DNA of 64,000 bases. Source: Clostridia bacterium (GTDB lineage Bacteria > Bacillota > Clostridia > UBA1212). Positions 18,600-28,536 of this stretch are shown here, piece by piece. Within the stretch, counting starts at the first letter, position 1, and each line of letters begins with the position of its first letter. The position numbers and the translations under genes were made by a program. The notes below the pieces were generated by a model. That model made no database searches. It was not told where the DNA came from and was given only the letters and a program-made list of their open reading frames with translations. The stretch spans positions 3,624 to 67,623 of the forward strand of contig JAFTXP010000021.1 in NCBI GenBank assembly GCA_017461545.1, read 5' to 3'.

Positions 18600-19220
18600 A
18601 TGTCAAAATCAGATCGTTTTTATTTTGAAAATCTTACAACAGCTGCAGACTATTGCTGCAAGGCTGCAGACTATTTAGTAGAGTGCATGGCTTCCTACAA
18701 CCCGGAAAACATAAAGGAAATGATTACAAAGATGCATGAGATAGAGCATGCTGCAGATAAACAGAAACATGCTATGTCCACAGCTCTTGCAAAAGCATTT
18801 GTAACTCCTATCGACAGAGAAGACCTTGCGGAGATGAGCATTAATATAGATGATGTTGCTGATAATATAGAAGAAGTTATACAGCGTTTTTATGTGGATG
18901 ATGTAAGAAAAGTCACTCCCGAGGCGATTGATTTCTCGAAAAAGATTGCGGATACGGCAAAGATCATGAAGTCTCTTGTGACAGAGCTTGAAAACTTCAA
19001 AAAACCTGCAAAGCTTCATGAGCTTATCATAGAACTCAGCAATGTGGAAGAAGAGTGCGATATTATTTATCTTGAATCTACAAGAAAGATCAGACTCGAA
19101 AACGATGATGTTCTCAAAATCATTGCATGGCGTAAGATATATGAGCTTATGGAAAACTGCGTTGACGCATGTGAGCATGTTGCAGATTCCGTCGGCACGA
19201 TTGTTATGAAGAATACTTGA
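18600..19220 (+). CDS. DUF47 (PhoU-like) phosphate transport accessory protein
   Basis: EHAAD, FVTPIDREDL, EEECD and D.CEHVAD; adjacent to the PiT gene. Confidence 0.9.
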   Translation: MSKSDRFYFENLTTAADYCCKAADYLVECMASYNPENIKEMITKMHEIEHAADKQKHAMSTALAKAFVTPIDREDLAEMSINIDDVADNIEEVIQRFYVDDVRKVTPEAIDFSKKIADTAKIMKSLVTELENFKKPAKLHELIIELSNVEEECDIIYLESTRKIRLENDDVLKIIAWRKIYELMENCVDACEHVADSVGTIVMKNT

Positions 19221-19320
19221 TTTTTGTATCAAAATTTATGATGCAGAGTTTTTAAAGCCGCAGCAAATGTTGCGGCTTTTGTGCGGTTATTCGACTTGTA
19301 ATTTACGCATAGGAGATTAA

Positions 19321-20529
19321 GTGAATATGAATAAGAAAAAAATAACTGATTGGATTATTGCAATTAGTCTTTTCGTTATATATTTGTCAATAAGTATCAT
19401 TTTCAGAGCTTGGGCATATTCCTGGATTATATGGGTAGCATATGCTATTTGCAGAGTTGTAGGAAAAAAACGCAAAATGAGTAAGACGAAAAAAATTGTT
19501 ATAACATCAATAACTGTTTTTTTGACATTTTCATTATTAATGCTGCCGTTTGGCGTATTTACATATCTGTATAATGAATATTTTGGAACCCGATATGAGA
19601 CTTATGAGCCATTATCCTTTAGCATGGAAGACTTTCCGGGGTTAAAAAGAGATAAATACGAATTTAGTTCTGATAAAGGTCAAACACTGGTTGGATATAA
19701 TTACTATCATGAAAATGAAAAAACAAAAGGAATTATTATAATTGCTCATGGATTTGGCGGCGGAGGACATAATTTGTATATGGACTGTGCAAATTATTTT
19801 GCGAAAAACGGATATTATGTATTCGCCTATGACGCAACAGGCAATGATGAGAGTGAAGGCGATTCGGTAAATGGTTTGCCTCAGGGAGTTATCGATTTGG
19901 ATTATGCAATTTCATTTGTTGAAAGTCAGGAAAAGTTTAAAGATCTTCCGATTATGTTATTTGGACATAGTTGGGGCGGATACTCTGTTACAAGCGTCTT
20001 ATCATATCATCCTGAGATTAAAGCGGTAGTGTCCATGTCAGGTTTTAATGAGTCTTCTGACTTAATTAAATCGCAAGGCGAAAGTATTGTAGGAAGTTTT
20101 ATCGAAATCGGAATGCCGTATATAGAAATATATGAAAAAATAAAATTTGGAGAATACGCGATAAATACAAGTATGGATGGATTTGAAAAATCTGACGCAG
20201 GTGTAATGATTATGCATAGCGAAGATGATGATACAGTTCAAAAAAAATATGGTTATGATATTTATTATGCAAAGTACAATAGTTCAGAAAGATTTAAATT
20301 TATTTCATATGAAGATAAAGGACATGATGAGATTTATTATTCCGACACGGCTACAGAATATATTAATCAATTCAATAAAGAATTTGAACTATATTTTGAG
20401 GAACATGAGTTTTCACCGGAAGCAAAAACTGATTATATAAATGAAAATTTAGACAGAACCGTATGGACGAATTTATTGGACGAAGAATTATTTAACAGTA
20501 TCATTGAATTTTACGATTCATACATATGA
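19321..20529 (+). CDS. Membrane-anchored alpha/beta hydrolase
   Basis: HGFGGG, GHSWGG nucleophile elbow, HSEDD and GHD; N-terminal TM segments; visibly AT-rich. Confidence 0.82.
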   Translation: MNMNKKKITDWIIAISLFVIYLSISIIFRAWAYSWIIWVAYAICRVVGKKRKMSKTKKIVITSITVFLTFSLLMLPFGVFTYLYNEYFGTRYETYEPLSFSMEDFPGLKRDKYEFSSDKGQTLVGYNYYHENEKTKGIIIIAHGFGGGGHNLYMDCANYFAKNGYYVFAYDATGNDESEGDSVNGLPQGVIDLDYAISFVESQEKFKDLPIMLFGHSWGGYSVTSVLSYHPEIKAVVSMSGFNESSDLIKSQGESIVGSFIEIGMPYIEIYEKIKFGEYAINTSMDGFEKSDAGVMIMHSEDDDTVQKKYGYDIYYAKYNSSERFKFISYEDKGHDEIYYSDTATEYINQFNKEFELYFEEHEFSPEAKTDYINENLDRTVWTNLLDEELFNSIIEFYDSYI

Positions 20530-20562
20530 AAAATTTCATTGAATAACATGAGATAAATAAAG

Positions 20563-20597
20563 AGCAACTTGCAACACAACGTAGTTTGCAAGTTGCT
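20563..20597. terminator. Bidirectional terminator between the hydrolase and the tRNAs
   Basis: agcaacttgcaa / ttgcaagttgct with flanking A and T runs. Confidence 0.7.
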
Positions 20598-20604
20598 TTT
20601 TTTA

Positions 20605-20677
20605 AGCCTCTAATCGGAATCGAACCGATGACCTCATCCTTACCATGGATGCGCTCTACCTACTGAGCTATGGAGGC
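20605..20677 (-). tRNA. tRNA-Thr(GGT)
   Basis: Cloverleaf GCCTCCATAGCTCAGTAGGTAGAGC-CATCC ATGGTAA GGATG-...GTTCGATT. One C.A mismatch in the acceptor stem; CCA not encoded. Confidence 0.92.
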
Positions 20678-20693
20678 ATATGATTTTGTAAAA

Positions 20694-20764
20694 AGCGGGT
20701 GAGGGGAATCGAACCCCCGTAATCGGCTTGGGAAGCCGGAATTCTGCCATTGAACTACACCCGC
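20694..20764 (-). tRNA. tRNA-Gly(CCC)
   Basis: GCGGGTGTAGTTCAATGGCAGAAT...CGGC TTCCCAA GCCG...GGGGGTTCGATTCCCCTCACCCGC. Confidence 0.93.
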
Positions 20765-20817
20765 AAATCCTGTTGTCAACGTGCATGAATAAGCGGTCAG
20801 TATCGAGCAACAGCGGT

Positions 20818-20846
20818 ATTTTATCACACATGTACTTGTGTGTCCA
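20818..20846 (-). promoter_or_regulatory. Sigma-A-type promoter for the tRNA-Gly/Thr pair
   Basis: Minus strand TGGACA-17 bp-TAAAAT with an extended -10 TG. Confidence 0.6.
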
Positions 20847-20850
20847 GTAT

Positions 20851-21039
20851 TTATTTTTTCATCTGCGGTGACAGGCTTTTTTCGAGTTTGTTTCTCGGAA
20901 GCATTATCATGTGACCGCAGTTGCAGCATTTTATTTTAAAATCTGCACCGACGCGTATGATTTCCCACTCAAAACTGCCGCAGGGGTGTTGCTTTTTTAA
21001 CAATATATGGGAACCGAGTCCGTAATTTTCGAGTGCCAT
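20851..21039 (-). CDS. DUF951 family protein
   Basis: LKKQHPCGS.EWEI.RVGADFKIKC..CGH.IMLPR. Confidence 0.88.
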   Translation of the reverse strand: MALENYGLGSHILLKKQHPCGSFEWEIIRVGADFKIKCCNCGHMIMLPRNKLEKSLSPQMKK

Positions 21040-21182
21040 AAATTATATCCTTTTGTGTCAATGAATTATATATTAAATATTATAATAATCTTTGTCGTTT
21101 TTTGCAATGTCAAAGTCTGCACACGGGTCATATGCGCGCAGAAAAATTTTTAAAAAATATGTAGAATTTTGTCGAAAAAGGT

Positions 21183-21211
21183 TTGACAAATATATATAAA
21201 ACCACTATACT
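21183..21211 (+). promoter_or_regulatory. Sigma-A promoter of carB, with a leader of about 270 nt
   Basis: TTGACA-17 bp-TATACT. Confidence 0.75.
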
Positions 21212-21257
21212 CTTATGTCGGTAAAAGTAATAACTACGAGAAAACGAGGTATCTGTT

Positions 21258-21386
21258 TTGAAATCTTATATGATAACAAAAAAACAGAATAAGGACAAGT
21301 TCTGCGCATATTCATCGATTCAATTATCTGAGCTTTGCATGGGGGATTTGTTTCCTGTTTTTTCTTATTTAGATATCACCGCTTGA
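21258..21386 (+). CDS. Possible 42-aa leader peptide in the carB 5' UTR
   Basis: GAGGT, then TTG 7 nt later; MKSYMITKKQNKDKFCAYSSIQLSELCMGDLFPVFSYLDITA*. The stop codon lies in the 5' arm of a terminator-like hairpin. Confidence 0.35.
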   Translation: MKSYMITKKQNKDKFCAYSSIQLSELCMGDLFPVFSYLDITA

Positions 21387-21426
21387 TATTCCTTTTTTTA
21401 AAAGGTTGTATCGGCGGTTTTTTTTA
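21378..21426 (+). terminator. Attenuator-like intrinsic terminator upstream of carB
   Basis: accgc..gata..cctttt / aaaagg..tatc..gcggt followed by a T run. Confidence 0.5.
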
Positions 21427-21489
21427 AGTTAAGAATATAACCGCAGTTTTCTTTATGCCAAACATATAAATTAAACGGAGGAAAAAAAT

Positions 21490-24400
21490 ATGCCACTTGA
21501 TAAATCTGTAAAAAAAGTTCTTGTAATCGGTTCAGGTCCGATTGTAATCGGACAGGCTGCCGAGTTTGACTATGCAGGTACTCAGTGTTGCCGCGCGATG
21601 CAGGAGGATGGAATCGAGATTGTTCTTATCAACTCAAATCCTGCTACCATAATGACTGACAGCGCTATGGCAGATAAGATATATATTGAACCGTTAAATC
21701 TTGTCACAATAAGAAGAATTATCGAACAGGAAAAGCCTGACAGTGTTCTTGCCGGATTCGGCGGACAGACAGGTCTTACAATGTGTATGCAGCTTGCAAA
21801 AGAAGGCTTCTTTGATGCGCACGGTGTAAGACTTTTGGGAGTTTCGCCTGAGACGATAGACAAGGCAGAGGACAGACAGATGTTCAAAGACACAATGGAG
21901 AGCATCGGTCAGCCCTGTATTCCGTCAAAGGTTGTTACAACAGTAGAGGATGCCGTTGAGTTTACAAAGACAATCGGTCTCCCTGTTATCATACGACCTG
22001 CATTCACACTCGGAGGAAGCGGCGGCGGTATCGCATATACCGACGAAGAACTTCACGAAATCTGTGAAAGAGGTCTTAAGCTTTCCCCTATCACACAGGT
22101 ACTCGTTGAAAAATGTATTTCAGGTTGGAAAGAAATTGAATTTGAGGTTATCCGCGACCATGTAGGAAATGCTATTACTGTTTGTTCTATGGAAAACCTT
22201 GACCCGGTAGGCGTTCACACGGGTGACAGTATCGTTGTAGCTCCTGCTGTTACACTTTCAAATGTTGAATTTTCTATGCTCAGAAATGCGGCTCTTGATA
22301 TCGTTACAGCTCTCGGAGTAGAGGGCGCTTGTAACTGCCAGTTTGCTCTGAAGCCCGATTCATTTGAGTATGCGGTTATCGAGGTTAACCCCCGTGTTTC
22401 AAGATCTTCTGCGCTTGCTTCGAAAGCTACCGGTTATCCGATTGCCAAGGTTGCCGCAAAAATTGCTCTCGGATACAACCTTGACGAAATTAAAAATGCC
22501 GTTACAGGTACAACATATGCAGCATTTGAACCTACGATAGACTATCTCTGTCTTAAGTTCCCGAAGTGGCCTTTTGACAAGTTTGTATATGCTGACAGAA
22601 GAATCGGTACACAGATGAAGGCTACCGGCGAGGTAATGTCTATCGCAGACAATTTTGAAGCGGCTCTTATTAAGGCTGTCCGCGGTGCTGAGATTTCAGT
22701 TGACACAATGAATATGCCTAAGATGAAAGAGTTTAGCGACGACGAGCTGGTTGCGCTTATTTCAAAAGTGACAGACGAAAGAATTTTCGCTGTATACGAG
22801 CTTATAAAGAGAGGTACACCCATTGAAAAGCTTTATGAACTTACAATGATTGATCCTTGGTTCCTCGCAAAATTCAGAAACCTTGCAGAGTATGAGAAGT
22901 CCATCGAAAACTGTGAGCTTTCATACGAGCAGTATTTGCAGGGTAAAAAGTACGGCTATACAAATAAGGCTCTCGAAAGACTTTCAGGACATAAATGCGA
23001 ACACAGACTTACACCTGTATACAAAATGGTTGACACTTGTGCATCCGAGTTCAGCGCAGGTACTCCTTATTTCTACGGAATATTTGACGACCCGAAATGC
23101 GGCTCGCACAATGACGCTCTTGACTTTGTAAACAAGGGCGAAAAGCAGAAAGTAATGGTTATCGGTTCCGGTCCTATCAGAATCGGACAGGGTATAGAGT
23201 TTGACTACGCAAGCGTACACTGCGTACATGCTCTCAGAAAAATGGGTTACGAGACGATTATCGTAAACAACAACCCCGAAACCGTTTCAACAGACTTTGA
23301 CACAGGTGACAGACTTTATTTTGAGCCTGTCTGCGAAGAGGATGTTTTAAATATTATTGATATAGAGAAGCCTATCGGTGTAGTTGTTGCATTCGGCGGT
23401 CAGACTGCTATTAAACTCAACAAGGTGCTTGAAGGCCACGGAGTAAAGCTTATTGGTTCGTCTGCTGACACTATCGATATGGCTGAGGACAGAGAGCGTT
23501 TTGAAAACCTTCTCGAAAGCCTCAATGTTCTCAGACCGAAGGGACACACGGTTCTTAATGTAGAGGATGCTCTCAAGGCTGCAAATGACCTCACATACCC
23601 CGTGCTTATGCGTCCGTCATACGTTTTGGGCGGTCAGAATATGATTATTGCTACATCAGACGATGAAATTGTGGAGTACATGCACATTATTCTCAGCTCG
23701 AACAAGGACAACCCGGTGCTTATTGACAAATACATCAGCGGCATCGAGTGTGAGCTTGATGCAATTTGCGACGGCGATGATATACTCATTCCCGGAATTA
23801 TGGAGCATGTAGAGCGTACAGGTATTCATTCGGGTGACAGTATTGCGGTATATCCCGCACAGCACATCGAAGATGAAATGCGCGCCGTAATCATTGATAC
23901 AACGGAAAGAATCTGCCGTGGACTTAACGCAGTAGGTCTTGTAAATATTCAGTATATCGTAAAAGGAAACGAGCTCTATGTAATTGAAGTTAACCCCCGT
24001 GCTTCGAGAACAGTTCCTTATATCAGTAAAGTAACGGGTGTTCCGATGTGTGACCTTGCAACAGCGACAAGCCTCGGAGCTAAACTGAAAGACCTCGGAT
24101 ACGGTACGGGTATTTACAAAGAATCGCCTTACGTTGCAATCAAAGTTCCTGTGTTCTCGTTTGAGAAGCTTACCGACGTTGATACACAGCTCGGACCTGA
24201 AATGAAATCTACTGGAGAAGTTCTCGGTATAGGAAATACTTTTGAGGAAGCTCTATACAAAGGTCTTATCTCTTCCGGTGCAACAATGACAAAGAAGGGC
24301 GGAGTATTTATCTCTGTCAGAAATCTTGACAAGTTTGAGATCGGAGCAATCGCGAAGAAATTCAGCTCACTCGGTATGGATATTTATTCAACAGCCGGCA

Positions 24401-25542
24401 CCGCAGAAGTTCTCCGCAAAATAGGTCTTACAGTTACTGATATCGGTAAAATTCATGAAGGCCACGGCACAAACGTAATTGACCTTCTTGAGAGCGGAAA
24501 GATAAGCTACGTAATTTCAACTTCGGCAAAGGGCAGAGATCCGAAGCGTGACAGCGTTAAAATCCGCAGAAAAGCAAGCTCCTTGGGAATTCCGTGTCTC
24601 ACTGCAATCGATACTGCAAATGCGCTGGCAGACAGCCTTATGAGCCGTTACTCACTTTCAAATATCGAGCTTGTAGACATAGCGCATATGAGAAATGAAA
24701 AGCTCACGCTTAAGTTTACTAAAATGCAGAGCAGTGCGAATGACTACATTTTTCTCAACTGTATGGAAAACACAATAGCATCACCTGAGTTTTTGTCGAT
24801 TTACCTTTCTGAAAGACGTACGGGCGTAGGCGGTGACGGTGTTGTTCTTATTGAAAATTCCGATGTTGCCGATGCAAAGATGCGTATGTTCAACCTCGAC
24901 GGAAGTGAAGGAAAGATGGCGGGTAACGCTATCAGATGTGTCGCAAAATATCTTTTCGACAATAAAATTGTTGAAAAAGACCTTATGACAATCGAAACTC
25001 TCAGCGGTGTTAAGAAATGTAAAGTATTCACGATGAACGGTATTGTATCAAAGGTAAAGGTTGATATGGACAAGGTAATCCTTGATGCGAAAAAGGTGCC
25101 CACTACGATAAATGCTGACACTGTTGTCAATTATCCCGTAAAAATCGGCGAAAACGACTACAACATAAACTGTATATCGGTCGGTAACCCGCATTGCGTA
25201 ACATTCGTTGACTATGTTGACGCAGTAGATGTAAAGAAAATCGGTCCCGACTTTGAGTTCTGCGAATTGTTCCCCGAAAGAATAAATGCGGAATTTGTTC
25301 AGATAATCGACAAACACACCCTCAAAATGCGCGCTTGGGAGCGCGGCTCCGGAGAGACTCTTGCATGCGGTACAGGTGCTTGTGCTGCTGTTGTTGCAGC
25401 TTGTCTTAACGGTTTCTGCGAAAAGGGCAGTGACGTTAAAGTAATAACTCTCGGCGGCGAGCTTGTTGTCAACTATAACGACAAGCGTGTAACTCTCACA
25501 GGTCCTGCCGAAAAGGTTTACGACGGCGAAGTTGTTATCTGA
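21490..25542 (+). CDS. carB: Carbamoyl-phosphate synthase large subunit fused to a C-terminal DapF-like (diaminopimelate epimerase fold) domain
   Basis: Two ATP-grasp halves (GSGPIVIGQAAEFDY, GSGPIRIGQGIEFDY) and an MGS domain. From about 24700: FTKMQSSANDY, FNLDGSEGKMAGN, SVGNPHCV and WERGSGETLACGTGAC. Confidence 0.95.
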   Translation: MPLDKSVKKVLVIGSGPIVIGQAAEFDYAGTQCCRAMQEDGIEIVLINSNPATIMTDSAMADKIYIEPLNLVTIRRIIEQEKPDSVLAGFGGQTGLTMCMQLAKEGFFDAHGVRLLGVSPETIDKAEDRQMFKDTMESIGQPCIPSKVVTTVEDAVEFTKTIGLPVIIRPAFTLGGSGGGIAYTDEELHEICERGLKLSPITQVLVEKCISGWKEIEFEVIRDHVGNAITVCSMENLDPVGVHTGDSIVVAPAVTLSNVEFSMLRNAALDIVTALGVEGACNCQFALKPDSFEYAVIEVNPRVSRSSALASKATGYPIAKVAAKIALGYNLDEIKNAVTGTTYAAFEPTIDYLCLKFPKWPFDKFVYADRRIGTQMKATGEVMSIADNFEAALIKAVRGAEISVDTMNMPKMKEFSDDELVALISKVTDERIFAVYELIKRGTPIEKLYELTMIDPWFLAKFRNLAEYEKSIENCELSYEQYLQGKKYGYTNKALERLSGHKCEHRLTPVYKMVDTCASEFSAGTPYFYGIFDDPKCGSHNDALDFVNKGEKQKVMVIGSGPIRIGQGIEFDYASVHCVHALRKMGYETIIVNNNPETVSTDFDTGDRLYFEPVCEEDVLNIIDIEKPIGVVVAFGGQTAIKLNKVLEGHGVKLIGSSADTIDMAEDRERFENLLESLNVLRPKGHTVLNVEDALKAANDLTYPVLMRPSYVLGGQNMIIATSDDEIVEYMHIILSSNKDNPVLIDKYISGIECELDAICDGDDILIPGIMEHVERTGIHSGDSIAVYPAQHIEDEMRAVIIDTTERICRGLNAVGLVNIQYIVKGNELYVIEVNPRASRTVPYISKVTGVPMCDLATATSLGAKLKDLGYGTGIYKESPYVAIKVPVFSFEKLTDVDTQLGPEMKSTGEVLGIGNTFEEALYKGLISSGATMTKKGGVFISVRNLDKFEIGAIAKKFSSLGMDIYSTAGTAEVLRKIGLTVTDIGKIHEGHGTNVIDLLESGKISYVISTSAKGRDPKRDSVKIRRKASSLGIPCLTAIDTANALADSLMSRYSLSNIELVDIAHMRNEKLTLKFTKMQSSANDYIFLNCMENTIASPEFLSIYLSERRTGVGGDGVVLIENSDVADAKMRMFNLDGSEGKMAGNAIRCVAKYLFDNKIVEKDLMTIETLSGVKKCKVFTMNGIVSKVKVDMDKVILDAKKVPTTINADTVVNYPVKIGENDYNINCISVGNPHCVTFVDYVDAVDVKKIGPDFEFCELFPERINAEFVQIIDKHTLKMRAWERGSGETLACGTGACAAVVAACLNGFCEKGSDVKVITLGGELVVNYNDKRVTLTGPAEKVYDGEVVI

Positions 25543-25570
25543 GTAATCTGATTTTGTTTATATATGTTGT

Positions 25571-25597
25571 TCCCCTGCAACCTCAGGCTGCAGGGGA
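25571..25597. terminator. Terminator after carB
   Basis: tcccctgca / tgcagggga followed by T residues. Confidence 0.7.
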
Positions 25598-25650
25598 TTT
25601 TTGCTGCAAGAAGCAAAGCCCTGTATTTTTAAATACGGGGCTCTTTTTCT

Positions 25651-26751
25651 TTATTTATCTTCTGTTTGTTCTTTGCGTTTTTGACGTCTGACACGGTTTA
25701 TATGCCTCTCAAAATCGCCGTTCGATATGAGTTCTGCCAAAACAAATTGAATGAAAGTTGGAACGGTGCACGAATAAAATCCCAGTTTTTCTTCAAATGT
25801 CGGAACAAGATGTTTGGGAAGTACCATATATCCGACTCGAAGTGCCGGAGAGATAGTTTTGGAAAAAGTATTCATGTATATAACATTATCTTTTGCGGAA
25901 TTTGTGAAAAGAGTTTCCTCAGGTTTTTTTGAAACAGAAAACTCGGATTCAAAATCATCCTCTATGATGTATCGATTGTCTTTACTTGCCCAACGGATAT
26001 ATTCATGACGTTTAGATGCTGAGGCGGATACACCGCTGGGAAAGCTTCGGTATGGTGATACGTGCAGAATATCAGCATTACTTGCCCACATTTCAGAACT
26101 TTCAATGCCGTCATTTCCGAGCTTAAGCATATCGTATTTAACATCTGAAGCACGGTATACCTGTTCAATTTTTTTGTATGAAGGAGACTCAATGGCATAT
26201 TTCTGATTTCTGCCCAACAGTTCAACAATCAGACCGTATAGATATTCCGAACCGGAGCCGATGATAATTTGCTCTGGTTCTGCGTAGATTCCGCGGCTTC
26301 TTTTGAGGTACAGGCTGATTTCGTCACGAAGCTCCAAACAACCGGTATTGGGTGATCTGTTAAGAATTGTATCTCCCAAATCGCTCATCACTTTACGCAT
26401 GGTCTTTGTCAGCACGGAAAACGGAAATTCTACGGATTTTGAACTTGCCTGATGATAGGGGACATGTATATGCCGACTGTTTTTGTCTGCCGAAGCGGCG
26501 AAACCGTCATTGGTGCGGAAGATGACAAAATATCCGCTTCGCTCTTTGGTCTTTATATATCCTTCGTCACAAAGAAGTGCGTAGGCGTGTTCGACTGTAA
26601 CGGTACTGATCCCCAGCTCATCTGCGATCGTCCTCTTGGAAGGCAGCTTACTGTTATAAGGATAGATATCTTCAACAATGTCGTCTCGTACTTGCCGATA
26701 TAGCTGCAGGTATGCCGGTGTATTATCTGTTTTATCAAGTAAGTATTTCAT
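25651..26751 (-). CDS. GntR/MocR-family PLP-responsive regulator (PdxR-like)
   Basis: N-terminal wHTH (LPSKRTIADELGISTVTVEHAY.L..EGY), then IIEDDFESEF and TFSKTISPALRVGY; divergent from pdxST. Confidence 0.88.
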   Translation of the reverse strand: MKYLLDKTDNTPAYLQLYRQVRDDIVEDIYPYNSKLPSKRTIADELGISTVTVEHAYALLCDEGYIKTKERSGYFVIFRTNDGFAASADKNSRHIHVPYHQASSKSVEFPFSVLTKTMRKVMSDLGDTILNRSPNTGCLELRDEISLYLKRSRGIYAEPEQIIIGSGSEYLYGLIVELLGRNQKYAIESPSYKKIEQVYRASDVKYDMLKLGNDGIESSEMWASNADILHVSPYRSFPSGVSASASKRHEYIRWASKDNRYIIEDDFESEFSVSKKPEETLFTNSAKDNVIYMNTFSKTISPALRVGYMVLPKHLVPTFEEKLGFYSCTVPTFIQFVLAELISNGDFERHINRVRRQKRKEQTEDK

Positions 26752-26843
26752 CTGGTAATATAAAATTCTCCTTTTTTGACTATTTCAATATAACCAAAAT
26801 TATTATATATTCTTCCTATACCTAATGCAAGGAGGAAAATAAA

Positions 26844-27719
26844 ATGTCAGAAAATCGTTATGAATTGAATAAGAATCTTGCTCAAATGCTTAAGGGCGGC
26901 GTTATTATGGATGTCACAACGCCGGAGCAGGCTAAAATTGCAGAAGCAGCGGGTGCGTGTGCCGTTATGGCGTTAGAACGTATTCCTGCGGACATTCGTG
27001 CAGCGGGAGGTGTTTCCCGTATGAGCGATCCCAAAATGATCAAAGGTATCCAAAATGCAGTTTCCATACCGGTTATGGCGAAATGCCGCATAGGTCACTT
27101 TGCTGAGGCTCAGATTTTGCAGGCGATCGAAATCGACTATATCGATGAGAGCGAAGTACTTTCTCCGGCGGATGACAAATACCATATCGACAAAACAAAG
27201 TTTGATGTACCGTTTGTATGCGGTGCCAAAGACCTTGGCGAAGCACTGCGCCGTATCAACGAAGGCGCCGCTATGATCCGTACTAAAGGCGAACCCGGCA
27301 CCGGAGATGTTGTGCAAGCTGTCCGTCACATGAGAATGATGCAGTCTGAAATCCGTCGAATCGGTTCCATGGCTAATGATGAACTGTTTGATACTGCAAA
27401 ACAGCTTCAAGTTCCATATGAGCTTGTTTTATATGTCCACGAACATAAAAAACTTCCTGTAGTCAACTTTGCCGCCGGCGGTGTAGCTACTCCTGCTGAT
27501 GCAGCTTTGATGATGCAGCTTGGTGCGGAAGGTGTTTTTGTCGGATCAGGTATCTTTAAATCCGGTAATCCCGAAAAGAGAGCGGCTGCTATCGTGAAAG
27601 CAGTCACCAACTATACTGATGCTAAGATGATTGCAGAGTTGTCCGAGGATTTGGGTGAGGCAATGGTCGGCATTAACGAGCAGGAAATTGAACTTCTGAT
27701 GGCAGAAAGAGGGAAATAA
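26844..27719 (+). CDS. pdxS: Pyridoxal 5'-phosphate synthase lyase subunit
   Basis: Motifs [30 protein letters not shown] and [13 protein letters not shown]. Confidence 0.97.
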   Translation: MSENRYELNKNLAQMLKGGVIMDVTTPEQAKIAEAAGACAVMALERIPADIRAAGGVSRMSDPKMIKGIQNAVSIPVMAKCRIGHFAEAQILQAIEIDYIDESEVLSPADDKYHIDKTKFDVPFVCGAKDLGEALRRINEGAAMIRTKGEPGTGDVVQAVRHMRMMQSEIRRIGSMANDELFDTAKQLQVPYELVLYVHEHKKLPVVNFAAGGVATPADAALMMQLGAEGVFVGSGIFKSGNPEKRAAAIVKAVTNYTDAKMIAELSEDLGEAMVGINEQEIELLMAERGK

Positions 27720-27722
27720 GCT

Positions 27723-28289
27723 ATGAAAGTTGCTGTACTTGCCCTGCAAGGGGCTTTCGCTGAACATAAACAGATGCTTTCCCGGCTTGGTGTTCCTTCT
27801 TTTGAAATCAGGCAGAAACGAGATTTGGATAAGCCCTTTGACGGCCTCATTATTCCCGGAGGAGAAAGTACCGTACAGGGCAAGCTCATGCGGGAATTAG
27901 GCCTTTTTGAACCTTTGAGGGAACGCATTGCAGGCGGCCTGCCTGTGTTTGGAACATGTGCCGGATTGCTTTTGCTGGCGAAAAAAATTAAAAACGATGA
28001 CAGGGTACATTTTGCCGTAATGGATATAACGGCAGTGCGTAATGCCTATGGGCGTCAACTAGGCAGTTTTTATACCGAAGCGGAATTCAAAGGCATCGGA
28101 CAAATCCCCATGACTTTTATCCGTGCGCCTTATATCGAAGATGTATCCGGAGAGGCCGAAGTACTTGCAACTGTCAGCGGACATATTGTTGCTGCGCGTG
28201 AAGGTAATCAGCTTGTGACTGCTTTTCATCCGGAACTTAACGATGATCTTTCTGTTCATAAGTATTTCATTAATATGATTAAAAACTGA
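27723..28289 (+). CDS. pdxT: PLP synthase glutaminase subunit
   Basis: Motifs VLALQGAF, PGGEST, GTCAG, RNAYGRQ and FHPE. Confidence 0.97.
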   Translation: MKVAVLALQGAFAEHKQMLSRLGVPSFEIRQKRDLDKPFDGLIIPGGESTVQGKLMRELGLFEPLRERIAGGLPVFGTCAGLLLLAKKIKNDDRVHFAVMDITAVRNAYGRQLGSFYTEAEFKGIGQIPMTFIRAPYIEDVSGEAEVLATVSGHIVAAREGNQLVTAFHPELNDDLSVHKYFINMIKN

Positions 28290-28341
28290 TTGTCAGTATT
28301 ATTTAACAGCAGACATGCCGTCTGCTGTTGCCAATATTTAG

Positions 28342-28402
28342 GTAAATTCTCAAAGTAAACGCAACTCTAAATTGCACAGTTGCATTTACTTTGAGAATTT
28401 AC
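28342..28402. repeat. Long inverted repeat (25-bp arms, one mismatch) after pdxT
   Basis: gtaaattctcaaagtaaa-c-gcaact ... agttgc-a-tttactttgagaatttac. Confidence 0.8.
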
Positions 28403-28536
28403 TGCCATTATTTACCGTCAAAAATAACGCTATATTTTATTGACTTTTTTACTTATATAAAATATTATAAAAACGAATTTTATTGTTTTATGTCGATTGG
28501 AATTTTACACGTATTTGATGTGATATAGGATTAATT

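Noticed and set aside
20605-20764. tRNA pseudogenes or an integration scar
   Set aside because: Each tRNA has only one stem mismatch, a promoter and terminator are present, and no duplicated 3' end was found nearby.
21212-21489. PyrR-binding attenuator or T-box riboswitch
   Set aside because: No recognisable PyrR loop consensus and no T-box antiterminator motif.
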